The position numbers were made by a program, and so were the translations under genes. Under the pieces are notes generated by a model. It saw nothing but the letters and a program-made list of their open reading frames with translations, searched no databases and was not told where the DNA came from. Of a stretch of DNA of 64,000 bases, positions 37,759 to 47,336 are shown piece after piece (position 1 is the first letter of the stretch; every line of letters starts with the position of its first letter). The DNA lies in the IMG/VR virus record IMGVR_UViG_2974753753_000001, positions 2,809 to 66,808 of that record. The stretch is one strand, 5' to 3'. This DNA comes from a virus (Duplodnaviria > Caudoviricetes).

Positions 37759-38170
37759 CAACTTCTGGCTGACCCTTCTCGTCTTCGTCCTCTTCGGATC
37801 GCCCGCTCTGTTCTCGAAGGGCATGGCCAAGGTCCCGGGCTTTCTCGGCGCCGGAGCCCGCTGGTGGCAGCGTCGATCCGAGGGGAACTCCTCGGCCGCC
37901 AGGGTGGTCACCGCGGCCAACCTCGACCGCATCATCGATGAGCGGGTGTCGGAGAAGGTCGGTCACATCGAGAAGGAGGTCGAGGAGCTTCGTGAGGACG
38001 TCGACATGTACTCCGAGTACCTGACCTACGACGCGGGCTGGCACCGGAACATCAATATCTTCGCAGCTCAGGCGGGCTTCGACTTCCCTCCACCACCGCA
38101 CATGACCTTCACCCAATGGCGGGATCGCAAGCGCGCGGCACTACTCGACCAGTCAGGCCCCGCCACCTGA
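37733..38170 (+). CDS. Membrane-anchored coiled-coil protein of the lysis cassette
   Basis: N-terminal TM, coiled coil, PPP...F..W C-terminus. Confidence 0.7.
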   Translation: MELPIPTTDNFWLTLLVFVLFGSPALFSKGMAKVPGFLGAGARWWQRRSEGNSSAARVVTAANLDRIIDERVSEKVGHIEKEVEELREDVDMYSEYLTYDAGWHRNINIFAAQAGFDFPPPPHMTFTQWRDRKRAALLDQSGPAT

Positions 38171-40714
38171 GAGGCGGAAGCCGGTGAAGATCGTCTCCGA
38201 GGTCACCTTGCCCGCGCGCCGGACGGTGGCCTTCTTCGTGGCGTAGCCGTTCTCCCGCATCCGCGAGTAGAACTCCCGGCGGGTGAGGGGGTCGGCCTCC
38301 TCGCGCTTGGCCCACTGCCGGTACAGCTCGAAGACCTTCAGCGCGACGACCTTGCCGTCGTCGTCGTCGGTCAGCATCTCGGCGGTGAACATCTGGAACG
38401 TCGACGTCCCGGCGATGAACATGGCTCGGCGCTTCGTCACCTCGGCGGGGAGCGCCGTGTCGAGACCCTCCAGCAGGTAGTCCAGGAGGCCGTCGACGAG
38501 CCACGACAGAACCGCGCGCAGCGCTTCGGGCACCTCGCGGATCGGCGTCACGTCGGCGTTGGATAGCGGGACCTGGCGGTCGAAGGGGAGCACGAGCAAC
38601 CGGCGCCATAGCGCAGCGTCGCCGTCCTCGATCGTCGGCATGGAGTTGGTCGCGATGATCGGGGTGAACATCGGGGTCCGCTGGACCATCACGTTGCTGT
38701 AGAGCGCGCGAGCGGTCACCGAGTCGCCACCGGTGAGGCGCTTGATCACGTCGGAGTGGAGCCGGTTGCGCTGGCCGACCTCGCTGGCGAACACGACCCG
38801 GCGGGGGAAGGCGGCGATGATCTCGGGCATCGGCCCGGCTTCGCGTTTCTGCCGGAACAGCCCGTTGATGTCGATCGACCCGGCGTAGTCACCGAGCGCG
38901 GCCTGGCACGCCTCGATGATCGTCGTCTTGCCGGTCGACGTCCCTCCCTGGAGAAAGATGATGCGGCGCTGTGGGTTTCCACCCATGAAGGCGTATCCGA
39001 AGACCTTGCGCACGTACCGGCGGTATTCGCGGTCGGGGAGGAAGGTGTTCAGATAGCTCTCCCACAGCGGGTGGGTGTAGTTGGGCTCGTAGGCGACCGG
39101 GGTGTGCTGGAGGATCAGGTCTTCGGGTTTGCCCTTGCGGCACAGCGAGTCGTACTCCGCGATCCCGTTGCTGGCGGTGTTCAGATCGAGCACGCCGTTG
39201 CCGACACCCCAGGTGAGCCGGTTGGTGTCGAAGTCCGCAGGGTCGATCGGGTTCTTCGAGAGCACGTGCGCCATCGACATCGAGTGCTCGATCTTCATCC
39301 GGTTCCCGGCTTCGGTCGCGCGCTTCTCGTAGGCTCTGGCGGCCTTGAAGGTGTCCTCGGCCTCCGACATACCCTGCTCCTCCTGAAGCTCGCCGGTGTG
39401 CCAGCAGGCCTCCGCGGCGGCGCGCAGCGATGCCTGGACGGACCGGGACCACAGCAGGCCGTAGGTCTCGGCCTTCGAGAGCTTGACCAGACGACCGATT
39501 TCGTCGTCCCACCAGGCCCACTCGTCGGACCCGCCGCGGATCGGCCGGATGGAGTCACCGAGCGCGTCGAGGAACATGTGCGCGCGGCCGGAGTCGCTGT
39601 CTTCGTACTCCGTCGCGTCGACGATCGTGTTCCGGCGCTCAATCCAGTGCTTCAGCGTTTTCTCGCGGAACACCTCGATGTCGATCTCGCCGTCGGCCGC
39701 GGTGTAACCGCCGACCGTGGAGATCCGGATCAGGCCGTTGGCGATGTCGTCGCGGAGCTTCGAGACTTCCCCGCATAGTGCGCGCCGCCACTCCAGCTTT
39801 GCGCTGGTCAGGTCGCGCCGAGCCTCGCCGTCGACAGCGCCGAGAGTCTCCTCGAAGAAGGCCTTGCGCACCCGGTTGATACCGGTCTCCAGACCGTGGT
39901 GCCCTTCGGCCGCGAGCTGGACGATCTCGTGCAGGCGAGCGATCATCATGTCGTGCGCGCCGACGGTCATCTGGTCGGCGAGCTTGCCGGGGTCCGACGC
40001 GCGGTCCATCTGGCCGGACGGAGCCTCGGTGTACCCGGGGATCTCCTCCTTCAGCCAGGAGAATGCGAGGTCGATGTCGTTGATCTCGTCGAGGATGACC
40101 CGGTTCTCACCGGCGGGACCTTTGTACATCGCCTCGCGCCAGGCCTCGGGGAGGTGAGGGAGGTCGGCGACCGCCGGGGGTTCGCAAGGGATGTCGTCGT
40201 TGTCGTACCAGCGGTAGTGCCGCGGCGGGTCCACGGTGCCCTTGTCCCAGGTGACCACCGACGGCCAGACGACGGCGTACCGGTGGGTCCGCTGGATGAT
40301 CTCGATGTCCGGACCAGGCTTGCCGACCCACTTCGCACCGGCGGGCACGAGGAAGAAGCGGATGCCCGAGGGGTTCTCGGGGTCACGCGACGTCGACCGC
40401 CACGTGCTCGGCAGCGGGCCGTACTGTTCGACGAGGGTGTCGAGGGTCTCGGCGCCGGTCTTGCTGTCGTACTGGTCGACGTCGATGCCGATGACCTCGA
40501 ACTCGTCGCCATCGATCTTCACGACCGGCATCCGGACGCCGAGGTTGCTCTCCGGGATCTCTTCGCACCAGTTCTCGATGTCGATCGCCGAGACGTACGG
40601 CTTGTTGCCGGTGGTGTCGTCCGGTGGGGTCGACTTCAGCCCCTCGGGAATCGGGAGCGGCGAGTGCCAGCCTTGGCGCAGGTACAGACCGGCGTGGTCA
40701 CCGAAGATCGTCAC
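38153..40714 (-). CDS. DNA primase/polymerase-SF3 (D5-like) helicase
   Basis: GTG40714 with AAGGAG RBS; Prim-Pol NLG..IDVD; Walker A GGTSTGKTT; IKRLTGGD, ATN, WRRL. Confidence 0.9.
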   Translation of the reverse strand: MTIFGDHAGLYLRQGWHSPLPIPEGLKSTPPDDTTGNKPYVSAIDIENWCEEIPESNLGVRMPVVKIDGDEFEVIGIDVDQYDSKTGAETLDTLVEQYGPLPSTWRSTSRDPENPSGIRFFLVPAGAKWVGKPGPDIEIIQRTHRYAVVWPSVVTWDKGTVDPPRHYRWYDNDDIPCEPPAVADLPHLPEAWREAMYKGPAGENRVILDEINDIDLAFSWLKEEIPGYTEAPSGQMDRASDPGKLADQMTVGAHDMMIARLHEIVQLAAEGHHGLETGINRVRKAFFEETLGAVDGEARRDLTSAKLEWRRALCGEVSKLRDDIANGLIRISTVGGYTAADGEIDIEVFREKTLKHWIERRNTIVDATEYEDSDSGRAHMFLDALGDSIRPIRGGSDEWAWWDDEIGRLVKLSKAETYGLLWSRSVQASLRAAAEACWHTGELQEEQGMSEAEDTFKAARAYEKRATEAGNRMKIEHSMSMAHVLSKNPIDPADFDTNRLTWGVGNGVLDLNTASNGIAEYDSLCRKGKPEDLILQHTPVAYEPNYTHPLWESYLNTFLPDREYRRYVRKVFGYAFMGGNPQRRIIFLQGGTSTGKTTIIEACQAALGDYAGSIDINGLFRQKREAGPMPEIIAAFPRRVVFASEVGQRNRLHSDVIKRLTGGDSVTARALYSNVMVQRTPMFTPIIATNSMPTIEDGDAALWRRLLVLPFDRQVPLSNADVTPIREVPEALRAVLSWLVDGLLDYLLEGLDTALPAEVTKRRAMFIAGTSTFQMFTAEMLTDDDDGKVVALKVFELYRQWAKREEADPLTRREFYSRMRENGYATKKATVRRAGKVTSETIFTGFRLSGGGA

Positions 40715-41124
40715 ATCATCTCCTTGAAATCCTTTGTCGCAACAAGGATTGACTCCGGTCGCTCGAAGTGAATCCCGCACCCTGGACAGAGGAAGGGGTA
40801 GGTCAGGTAGTCCCGGAAGTAGCTCACGTGAGCGTCGCACAGCACGATCTGATTGACCAGGAGCCCGTCAGCGAAGACGTAGTCCGAGATCGATCGGTTG
40901 CTGTGGATGATGAGCTTGCGGGGATCGTTCCAGCAGGGGCACAGACGGACGGCGTAGAGCGTACTGCCGGTGTTCTGACACCCCCTGGGGTGGTGCTCGG
41001 ACGGCCAGAGATCATCCGGCAGTTCGTTGTTCGTCTCCCGAGTGGTCCACAGCATCCGACGGACCTCGCACTTCAGGCCCTTGGGCTGGAACTCCAGCTC
41101 CGAGAGAACCTTGTCGATGTCCAC
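40711..41124 (-). CDS. Cys-rich hypothetical protein
   Basis: LCDAH and CPGCG; GTGA coupling to primase. Confidence 0.65.
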   Translation of the reverse strand: MDIDKVLSELEFQPKGLKCEVRRMLWTTRETNNELPDDLWPSEHHPRGCQNTGSTLYAVRLCPCWNDPRKLIIHSNRSISDYVFADGLLVNQIVLCDAHVSYFRDYLTYPFLCPGCGIHFERPESILVATKDFKEMM

Positions 41125-41434
41125 GAGAGAGCCCTTCGTTCCGAATGATGAGTTCGCCGCCGTAGATCCCCTCGGCGCGAGGATCGCTGCGCGCGGCGGC
41201 CAGGCAGGCGAGACGCTCGGGGCAGGCCCGGCACACCGTCTTCGCGGCCTCGTGCCGGTCAGCGCGTGCGACCGAACTCTCACCCTTCGCGTTCTTCTCC
41301 CCGCCGCCGTCGAGTTCGGCGTCCCAGAGCCACACTCCCTGGAATCGGTCGGCGCAGCACAATGCGCGGCGCCAATCGACTGCCCGTTGCGCGGGGGACA
41401 ACGGGAAGAGGAGAAGAGGTCCGGCCTTGCTCAC
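41012..41434 (-). CDS. WhiB family transcription factor
   Basis: C...AKTVCRACPERLAC...GIYGG. Confidence 0.85.
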   Translation of the reverse strand: MSKAGPLLLFPLSPAQRAVDWRRALCCADRFQGVWLWDAELDGGGEKNAKGESSVARADRHEAAKTVCRACPERLACLAAARSDPRAEGIYGGELIIRNEGLSRGHRQGSLGAGVPAQGPEVRGPSDAVDHSGDEQRTAG

Positions 41435-41712
41435 TGCTGCTTCAAGGTCCGTTCCGAGGCGGCGATAATGTTCTGCCGCACCACTTCTGGGTTGAAGTAC
41501 ACCAGGACACCTTGCATCTCCAGACGCTCGGCGATCAGGCGCATCATGTTCTCGTTGGAGACGCCGGTCTCGGGGTCCCAGTCGTCGTCGAGGCGCTTGA
41601 CGGGGTGGACCTTCTCCCCCATCTGAAGCTTGCCTGCCTCGTAGTCGTTGGTGATCGACCCGATGGTTGCGACGAGACGCTCGGCCACCTCCAGTGGCTC
41701 CAGGCGCCTCAC
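41431..41712 (-). CDS. Hypothetical protein
   Basis: GTGA overlaps at both ends. Confidence 0.65.
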   Translation of the reverse strand: MRRLEPLEVAERLVATIGSITNDYEAGKLQMGEKVHPVKRLDDDWDPETGVSNENMMRLIAERLEMQGVLVYFNPEVVRQNIIAASERTLKQQ

Positions 41713-42167
41713 GCGCTCACGACCTGGCTGTCGGCGAGCGCCTCGATGCTCTGGCGGTAGTACCGGACCTGCTTCGGACCCAGCGGTCGGGTGCCGACGA
41801 TCTTTCCCTCGCGCTCCCATCGACGCAGCGTCGGACGGGACACCCCCAGCTCCATCGCCGCGGTGTTGGCGTCGACGGTCTCGCGGAGCACCTGGCGCAG
41901 CTTGCCCGACTTGTCCGGATCGATCTCGACCGGCTTGTCCTCCCAGCGGGTGTTCTCCCGGCGCCGCGACAGCTCGCTGACGATCTGGTCGTGGTTGTCG
42001 AGGATCTGGTCGAGGTAGACCCGGCGGTGATTGCCGCTGGTCTGTGCGATCCGAAGACTCTTCATCCCCTCGATGACGGCCCGGCGCAGGGTATAGTCGT
42101 GAACCCCGATCACCTCGGCGGCCTGCTCCAGACTGATGAGCACACCTCGGTTCTTCGTTCGCGCCAT
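41709..42167 (-). CDS. Tandem MerR/excisionase-type HTH DNA-binding protein
   Basis: QAAEVIGVHDYTLRR..TSGNHRR and AAMELGVSRPTLRRWEREGKI..RYY; GAGGGAG RBS. Confidence 0.85.
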   Translation of the reverse strand: MARTKNRGVLISLEQAAEVIGVHDYTLRRAVIEGMKSLRIAQTSGNHRRVYLDQILDNHDQIVSELSRRRENTRWEDKPVEIDPDKSGKLRQVLRETVDANTAAMELGVSRPTLRRWEREGKIVGTRPLGPKQVRYYRQSIEALADSQVVSA

Positions 42168-42187
42168 GACTCCCTCTTCTCGCTTGT

Positions 42188-42934
42188 TCAAGTTGACCTC
42201 AACCCTAGCATATCCCGATTGTTCGCCTCGGCGAGCAGGGGCCACGCCTTGAAGATCTTCGTGCGTTGCTCACGAACCTTACGGACGAACAGCAGCGCGT
42301 GTCGGTCGGCGTCCCGCGCGTGTCGGCCGCCGGGCACCCACATGTCCCAGAGCTTCAGCCGCTCATCGGTGATGGCGGTCTTGGCCTCACTCGGCTGCTG
42401 GCGGGCGATCGGGTAGGGAACGTTCTTCCCCTCCCACAGCAGGTAGTCGAGGATCGCGGTGATGCGCACCGGCGAGAGCGCGTCCCGCTTCTGGTTCTGG
42501 GTGCGCAGGATGAAGTCTTCGACCACGACGGTGCAGTTCAGCGTCCGAGCGTGTCGCTCGACGAGCTTCTCGCACAGGTGCGCACCGGCGGCCTCTCCCT
42601 CTTCCGACGCGCTCAGGTCGTACTGCGACGCCGCGGAACCGAGCTGGCCCGACGCCGCGCCGCAGTCGATTTCGCCGTGCCACCAGTCGGTGATCACCTC
42701 GTGAGCCCGCACGGTCTTATCGAACAGGCGTTCGACATCGAGGGTGAACACCGACCAGCCGGTCGTCCCGCCGGGGTCGAAGGCCACGACGTTCACGCCC
42801 CGCTCCATCCGGCGTGCGATCATCGCGTCGCTCAGCGCGGGCAGGCGCTCCTCCAGCGGGTCCGGGTATCCCTCGTCGGCGTGGAAGATGGCCCGCCGGT
42901 CGAACCAGTGCTTGGGGGTGTCGTGCGGTTTCAC
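42188..42934 (-). CDS. RuvC-like Holliday junction resolvase
   Basis: AFDPGGTTGW, VVEDF, HARDADRH. Confidence 0.8.
   Translation of the reverse strand: MKPHDTPKHWFDRRAIFHADEGYPDPLEERLPALSDAMIARRMERGVNVVAFDPGGTTGWSVFTLDVERLFDKTVRAHEVITDWWHGEIDCGAASGQLGSAASQYDLSASEEGEAAGAHLCEKLVERHARTLNCTVVVEDFILRTQNQKRDALSPVRITAILDYLLWEGKNVPYPIARQQPSEAKTAITDERLKLWDMWVPGGRHARDADRHALLFVRKVREQRTKIFKAWPLLAEANNRDMLGLRST
42193..42211 (-). promoter_or_regulatory. Extended -10 promoter with operator variant upstream of the HTH gene
   Basis: Minus strand TGcTAGGGT overlapping TTGAGGTCAA; same layout as 49027-49045. Confidence 0.55.
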
Positions 42935-45900
42935 AGGTCCTCCAATTCGATGAGATTGACTTCCTCGGCCTGCACAGCGGAGCCGCGGCCGCCGCGGGCG
43001 ATACCGAGCACATGGATGGCCGTGTTGGTCCCGACGTCGGCCAGTTCCTCGGCCAGGTCGGGGTAGAGGAACCGGTGGACATAGACGTGGACCTCGGTGC
43101 CGTCACCGTCCTCCGCGATGACCGTGGCCTTCGTCGAGATCTCCGGCTTGTCGACCTCCTGACGAAGCTGTTCGATCGTCTGGCCGGTGCGCTTGCGAAG
43201 GCCTTCGAGGTGGTCCTTGATCTTCACCTCCCGGATCAGGCCGATGAACACCACTCGATCGCCGTCGCTGTCAGCGAGCAAGTCGGCCGACGTCGAGCCA
43301 CCGAGGAGCGCGAGATCACCGTCGGCGATCGCGGACTCGATGCTGTCAACGGCACGCGCGGCCCGGTTGATACCGAACGGGTCCCGCGACTCGCACATCT
43401 GTTCGATCTTCGCGATGGTCTTGGCGCCGAGGCCCGGCACCCCCCGAGCGGGCTCGTCCGGCTTCGTCTTCCGGCCGGTCTTCGCCGCGACGTAGCGCAT
43501 GTCGGCCCAGGTCTTGCCGAGTGCCTTGAAGTTGATCGGCTTGTCGGTCGGGGGAGTACCCACCTCGCGGTCGCGCCATTCCAGCATCTTCCGGCCGACC
43601 TTCTCGGCGATGCCGGGGATCTGGGTGAACCCGGCTCTCACGGCCCGCTCCGGCCCGCGGCGGGAGGGCTCCCACGTCAACTGGGACCAAACGAGGTGCG
43701 GACCCTGCACACTGATGCCATGTCGCGTTGCATCCTGCATGAGGCCCAGCGCCTTGTTCTCCTTCGGGTCGGTCTTGGCGTAGCGCAGCGCCGCGGCGTA
43801 GAACTCGGTGGGGTGGTAGAGCTTCAGCCAGGCCAGCCAGTAGCCGACGACGGCGTAGCAGGCGGCGTGGGCGATATTGAACAGGTAGCTCGATGACTTC
43901 GCCATGTAGTCCCACAGCTCTCGCGCGTCGGCCTCGGGCATCCCGATCTCGCGCTGCATCCCGTCTCGGAACTCTTCCCAGAATGCCTCGAATGCGCCAC
44001 CCTGCTTCTTCTTCCCGATGATCCGGCGCAGCGCGCCGACCCGGTGCCCGGGCATCCCGGCGACGCGGCCCATTCCCATCACCTGCTCCTGGTAGACCAG
44101 GCTGCCGTTGGTGTAGGCGAGCACCTCGTTGACCTCGGGGTATCCCCAGTCGCGCGGCTCCTCGCGGTCCATCTCGACACCCTCGTAGTGCGCGGTCTGG
44201 CCGGAGATGAGCGCGCCGGGCCGGGAGAGCGCGTTGATGTCGACGAGGTGCTGGAAGGTGAGCTTGGACCCGGTGAGGTTGTTGACGATCCCGCGAGTGG
44301 TTCGGCCGTCGAACTGGAAGATGCCAGTCAGGTCGCCCTTGTCGAAGATCTCCTCGAACACCCGCTGGTCGTCGCGCGGAAGCGCGTACATCTCGGTCCA
44401 GCTCATCCCTATCCAGCCGAGGCAGTCCGAGATCAGGTCCAGGGTCTCCAGGCTCAGGATGTCGAGCTTCAGCATCCCGAGGTACTCGGCGTCGCGCTTG
44501 TCGTAGGCGATACCCCGGCGGGTGACACCCTCCTTCGTCTCGGTGTAAATCGCGCACGTCTCAGCGATCGGCCGGGTCGAGATCACCAACCCGGCGGCGT
44601 GGATGCCGAGCCCGCGGTAGTCGCCTTCGATCTCGGCCGCCATCTTCAGCTCGGGGTACTTCTTCACGATCTGCTTGGCTCGGTCGAACGTGGCGATCGC
44701 GTCGACGACCGAGAAGTCCTCCCGCGGGTCGCCGTCGTCCCGGTCGACGATGAGATCCTTCAGCTCGAAGACCTCGGCGAAGTCTGAGAGCTGGTGTGCG
44801 CGAGCGACATCCTTGATCGCCGACTTCCCGCGGTAGCGGCTGTAGTTGGTGATCTTCGCGGTGCGATCGGCGCCGTACTTCTCGGTGGCGTAGTCGAAGA
44901 TCTCCTGCCGACGGCGGGACTCGAAGTCGATGTCGATGTCGGGGTCGTCCGGTCGTGAGGGGTCGATGAAGCGCTCGAATTGCATGAGCGGGAACTCCAT
45001 CGGGTCGATCTCGGTGATGCGGAGCAGGTAGCAGATCTCCGAACCGGCGGCCGACCCGCGACCGGGCCCGACGCCGATGGGGTTCGGGTGGTCCTTGGCG
45101 AACCGGACGAGGTCGGCGGTGACCAGGAAGTAGTCGCAGAACCCTTTCTCTTCGAGCAGGTCGAACTCGTAATGGATCTGGTCGAGGTACTCCTGGGTGC
45201 GGGTGTCCCAGCGCTCAGCGAACCGAGGATCGGTCTCCGCGCGGAACTCGATCCCGTCGTTGATCCACTGCTTCAGCCGGTCGACCGCGCTCATCGGCTT
45301 GCCGCGGGAGACGAACACGACGCGCTCCGACTTCGGCAGCTCGACGGTGCAGCGGTCAGCGATCTCGCGCGCTCCGTCGAGTGCGGCGTCTGTCTCGGCG
45401 TCGCTCAGGAGGCAGTCGGCGAGCTTCTGCCGGACGGCGTCGTCGGACTCCGGGTAGGTCAGCCGGACGTCGTACTCCCAGTCGGCGTCCTGGGTCTCGA
45501 TCGTGCCGCCGCGGTGCGCAGCGTGCAGCATCCGCTGGATGTGGTTCTGGTCCGGGTAGGGGTAGTGGACGTCGGCGGTGGCCACGAGCGGGACTCCGTC
45601 GGCGGCCGACACGTCGGCGAAGAACTGGTTCAGCAGCACGGTGCGATCCAGCTCGGGGAACATCTGGACTTCCAGGTAGAACCGGTCGCCGTAGCACTTC
45701 ACGTAGCGATGGATCAGCGCGCGGGTCTCGTCGACGCTCTCGTCGTCCCAGTCCTCGCGCCGGTCCCCGAGGCTCTTGCCGCCGAGCAGGGTGCAGGAGA
45801 TCCACGAGTCGGCGCACCCGCTGGTCACGATGAGGCCCTTGGTCAGCTCGGGGTCGAGGAGCTGGCGGGTGTAGAGCCGCGGCACGACGAAGCTCTGCTC

Positions 45901-46212
45901 GTAGGACAGGCCGACGAGCCGGTTGAGGTTGCGGTACCCCTCGGCGTTCATCGCGAGCACGGTCTGGTGGAAGTGCCGCCGGACGCGCAGCTCGGGACCG
46001 GTCGCGACGTCGAACTCGACGCCGAAGATCGGCTTGATGCCGAACTCGTTGGCTGCCTGTTCGAGCTGCACGTGCGAGGATGGGTTCCGGTGCTCGGTGA
46101 GCGCGACAGCGTCCATCCCCAGTTCCTTCACCCGCTGGACGTGCGCCCGGGGCTTTCGGTAGCCGTCGCCGTGGGAGAACGAGCTGTGCGTGTGCAGGGA
46201 GACCCACTTCAT
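42931..46212 (-). CDS. dnaE: DNA polymerase III alpha subunit-like
   Basis: PHP HTHSSFSHGDG; GRGSAAGS, FERFI, PDIDIDF, HAAG, KLDILSL, FNIAHA. Confidence 0.95.
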   Translation of the reverse strand: MKWVSLHTHSSFSHGDGYRKPRAHVQRVKELGMDAVALTEHRNPSSHVQLEQAANEFGIKPIFGVEFDVATGPELRVRRHFHQTVLAMNAEGYRNLNRLVGLSYEQSFVVPRLYTRQLLDPELTKGLIVTSGCADSWISCTLLGGKSLGDRREDWDDESVDETRALIHRYVKCYGDRFYLEVQMFPELDRTVLLNQFFADVSAADGVPLVATADVHYPYPDQNHIQRMLHAAHRGGTIETQDADWEYDVRLTYPESDDAVRQKLADCLLSDAETDAALDGAREIADRCTVELPKSERVVFVSRGKPMSAVDRLKQWINDGIEFRAETDPRFAERWDTRTQEYLDQIHYEFDLLEEKGFCDYFLVTADLVRFAKDHPNPIGVGPGRGSAAGSEICYLLRITEIDPMEFPLMQFERFIDPSRPDDPDIDIDFESRRRQEIFDYATEKYGADRTAKITNYSRYRGKSAIKDVARAHQLSDFAEVFELKDLIVDRDDGDPREDFSVVDAIATFDRAKQIVKKYPELKMAAEIEGDYRGLGIHAAGLVISTRPIAETCAIYTETKEGVTRRGIAYDKRDAEYLGMLKLDILSLETLDLISDCLGWIGMSWTEMYALPRDDQRVFEEIFDKGDLTGIFQFDGRTTRGIVNNLTGSKLTFQHLVDINALSRPGALISGQTAHYEGVEMDREEPRDWGYPEVNEVLAYTNGSLVYQEQVMGMGRVAGMPGHRVGALRRIIGKKKQGGAFEAFWEEFRDGMQREIGMPEADARELWDYMAKSSSYLFNIAHAACYAVVGYWLAWLKLYHPTEFYAAALRYAKTDPKENKALGLMQDATRHGISVQGPHLVWSQLTWEPSRRGPERAVRAGFTQIPGIAEKVGRKMLEWRDREVGTPPTDKPINFKALGKTWADMRYVAAKTGRKTKPDEPARGVPGLGAKTIAKIEQMCESRDPFGINRAARAVDSIESAIADGDLALLGGSTSADLLADSDGDRVVFIGLIREVKIKDHLEGLRKRTGQTIEQLRQEVDKPEISTKATVIAEDGDGTEVHVYVHRFLYPDLAEELADVGTNTAIHVLGIARGGRGSAVQAEEVNLIELEDL

Positions 46213-46463
46213 GCGTGGCCTTTCCAGATGTCCTTGGGTGCGTGGTAGGCCTGGCCGCGGTAGTAGACGTTGCCGCTGGCGTCGTAGCTGGCCCATGGGG
46301 TGTAGAAGTGGTTCCGGTCGGGGTTGCTCGGGTCCAGCCCGGACCGTCGACCCTCGTGTCCCTCGATCAGGGTGCAGCGGATCGTTCGTCCGGTCTTCGA
46401 GGTGGTGGTGTACGGGCAGCGCTTGTGGACGCGCAGGATCGGGACTCGATTCACGATGGTCAT
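46209..46463 (-). CDS. Hypothetical protein
   Basis: GGAGG RBS; ATGA coupling to dnaE. Confidence 0.7.
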   Translation of the reverse strand: MTIVNRVPILRVHKRCPYTTTSKTGRTIRCTLIEGHEGRRSGLDPSNPDRNHFYTPWASYDASGNVYYRGQAYHAPKDIWKGHA

Positions 46464-46511
46464 GGTGTCCTCCGAAAGTTGCTCGAAAATTCGCTGGAAT
46501 GGCTGAGACCC

Positions 46512-46540
46512 AATGTAAGACTTGACGTCAAGAATGTCAA
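46512..46540 (-). promoter_or_regulatory. SigA-like promoter for the dnaE operon with operator in the spacer
   Basis: TTGACA-17 bp-TACATT; CTTGACGTCAAG palindrome at 46521-46532. Confidence 0.85.
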
Positions 46541-46761
46541 GCCCAACTCGCGCCTCGGGAGCCGATTAGCCACTTCTTGAAGGTGATCATGTCGTGCTCC
46601 TCGGCCCACTTCCGCATCTCCTCGGGGTAATCCGAGCACCCGTCCTCCTCGCGCTCGATCTCCTGCCGGTAGCGCTCCTGGCGGTATTCGTCGACCAGGC
46701 GGGCATGGTGAATCGAGCACTGGACGTGGTCGGGGGTGCAGCGGAGGTGCCGCTCGATCAC
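46537..46761 (-). CDS. Hypothetical protein
   Basis: GTGA overlap; ITFKKWLIG. Confidence 0.65.
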   Translation of the reverse strand: MIERHLRCTPDHVQCSIHHARLVDEYRQERYRQEIEREEDGCSDYPEEMRKWAEEHDMITFKKWLIGSRGASWA

Positions 46762-47264
46762 GCCGGATCTGTGCAGTCCGGGCAACCACCGCCGTCGCAG
46801 GTCGCGCAGGTGTGATACTGCGCCTGGGTCCGGTGTGCGGGGAGCACCGGGAAGGCGATCTGCGCCTCGGCCTCGGCGTATGCGTCGAGCAGGCGATCCT
46901 GGGGAGTGTCGGTCATCAGCTCGTCGATCGCGGCGTGCAGCCGGTCGAACGGGATCGCCCCGCTGATGGTCGTCGTCGACTCCCCGCGGCGAACGAGCAT
47001 GATCGTCGGCGTCGAGGAGACCATGTGCTTCTCCAGGAACATCCGCAGCTCGGGGGTGAAGGCGTTGTCGGGGGTCGGCAGCGGCGCACCGGCGAACCCT
47101 AGGTGCCGACGACCCTTCGGATACGCCTCGATCGCGCCGAGCATGTAGTCGAACAGGTGTTCGGTCCGATCGCCGATCAGCAGCACCCAGCGGGTCCGGC
47201 CGGTTCGGCTCTCGATCTCCTCGATGACCTTGGGGTCGCGCAGGTCGAGGAAGTGATAGGTCAT
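46758..47264 (-). CDS. Hypothetical protein, possible degenerate thioredoxin-like fold plus C-terminal CxxC-GGG-CxxC
   Basis: GAAAGG RBS; VSSTPTIMLVRRGE..ISG; CATCDGGGCPDC. Confidence 0.6.
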   Translation of the reverse strand: MTYHFLDLRDPKVIEEIESRTGRTRWVLLIGDRTEHLFDYMLGAIEAYPKGRRHLGFAGAPLPTPDNAFTPELRMFLEKHMVSSTPTIMLVRRGESTTTISGAIPFDRLHAAIDELMTDTPQDRLLDAYAEAEAQIAFPVLPAHRTQAQYHTCATCDGGGCPDCTDPA

Positions 47265-47285
47265 GTGCAGGGCCTTTCAACGGGA

Positions 47286-47324
47286 GAAGCGGGTGGACCG
47301 ACCCCTCATCGGCCCACCCGCTTC
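47286..47324 (-). terminator. Hairpin downstream of the SSB gene
   Basis: GAAGCGGGTGGACCGA / TCGGCCCACCCGCTTC inverted repeat. Confidence 0.6.
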
Positions 47325-47336
47325 GGTGGTGGTGTA

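Noticed and set aside
42931-46212. Inteins in DnaE (also terminase and helicases)
   Set aside because: Lengths are normal and no C/S...HN-C/S/T splice motifs or LAGLIDADG blocks were seen
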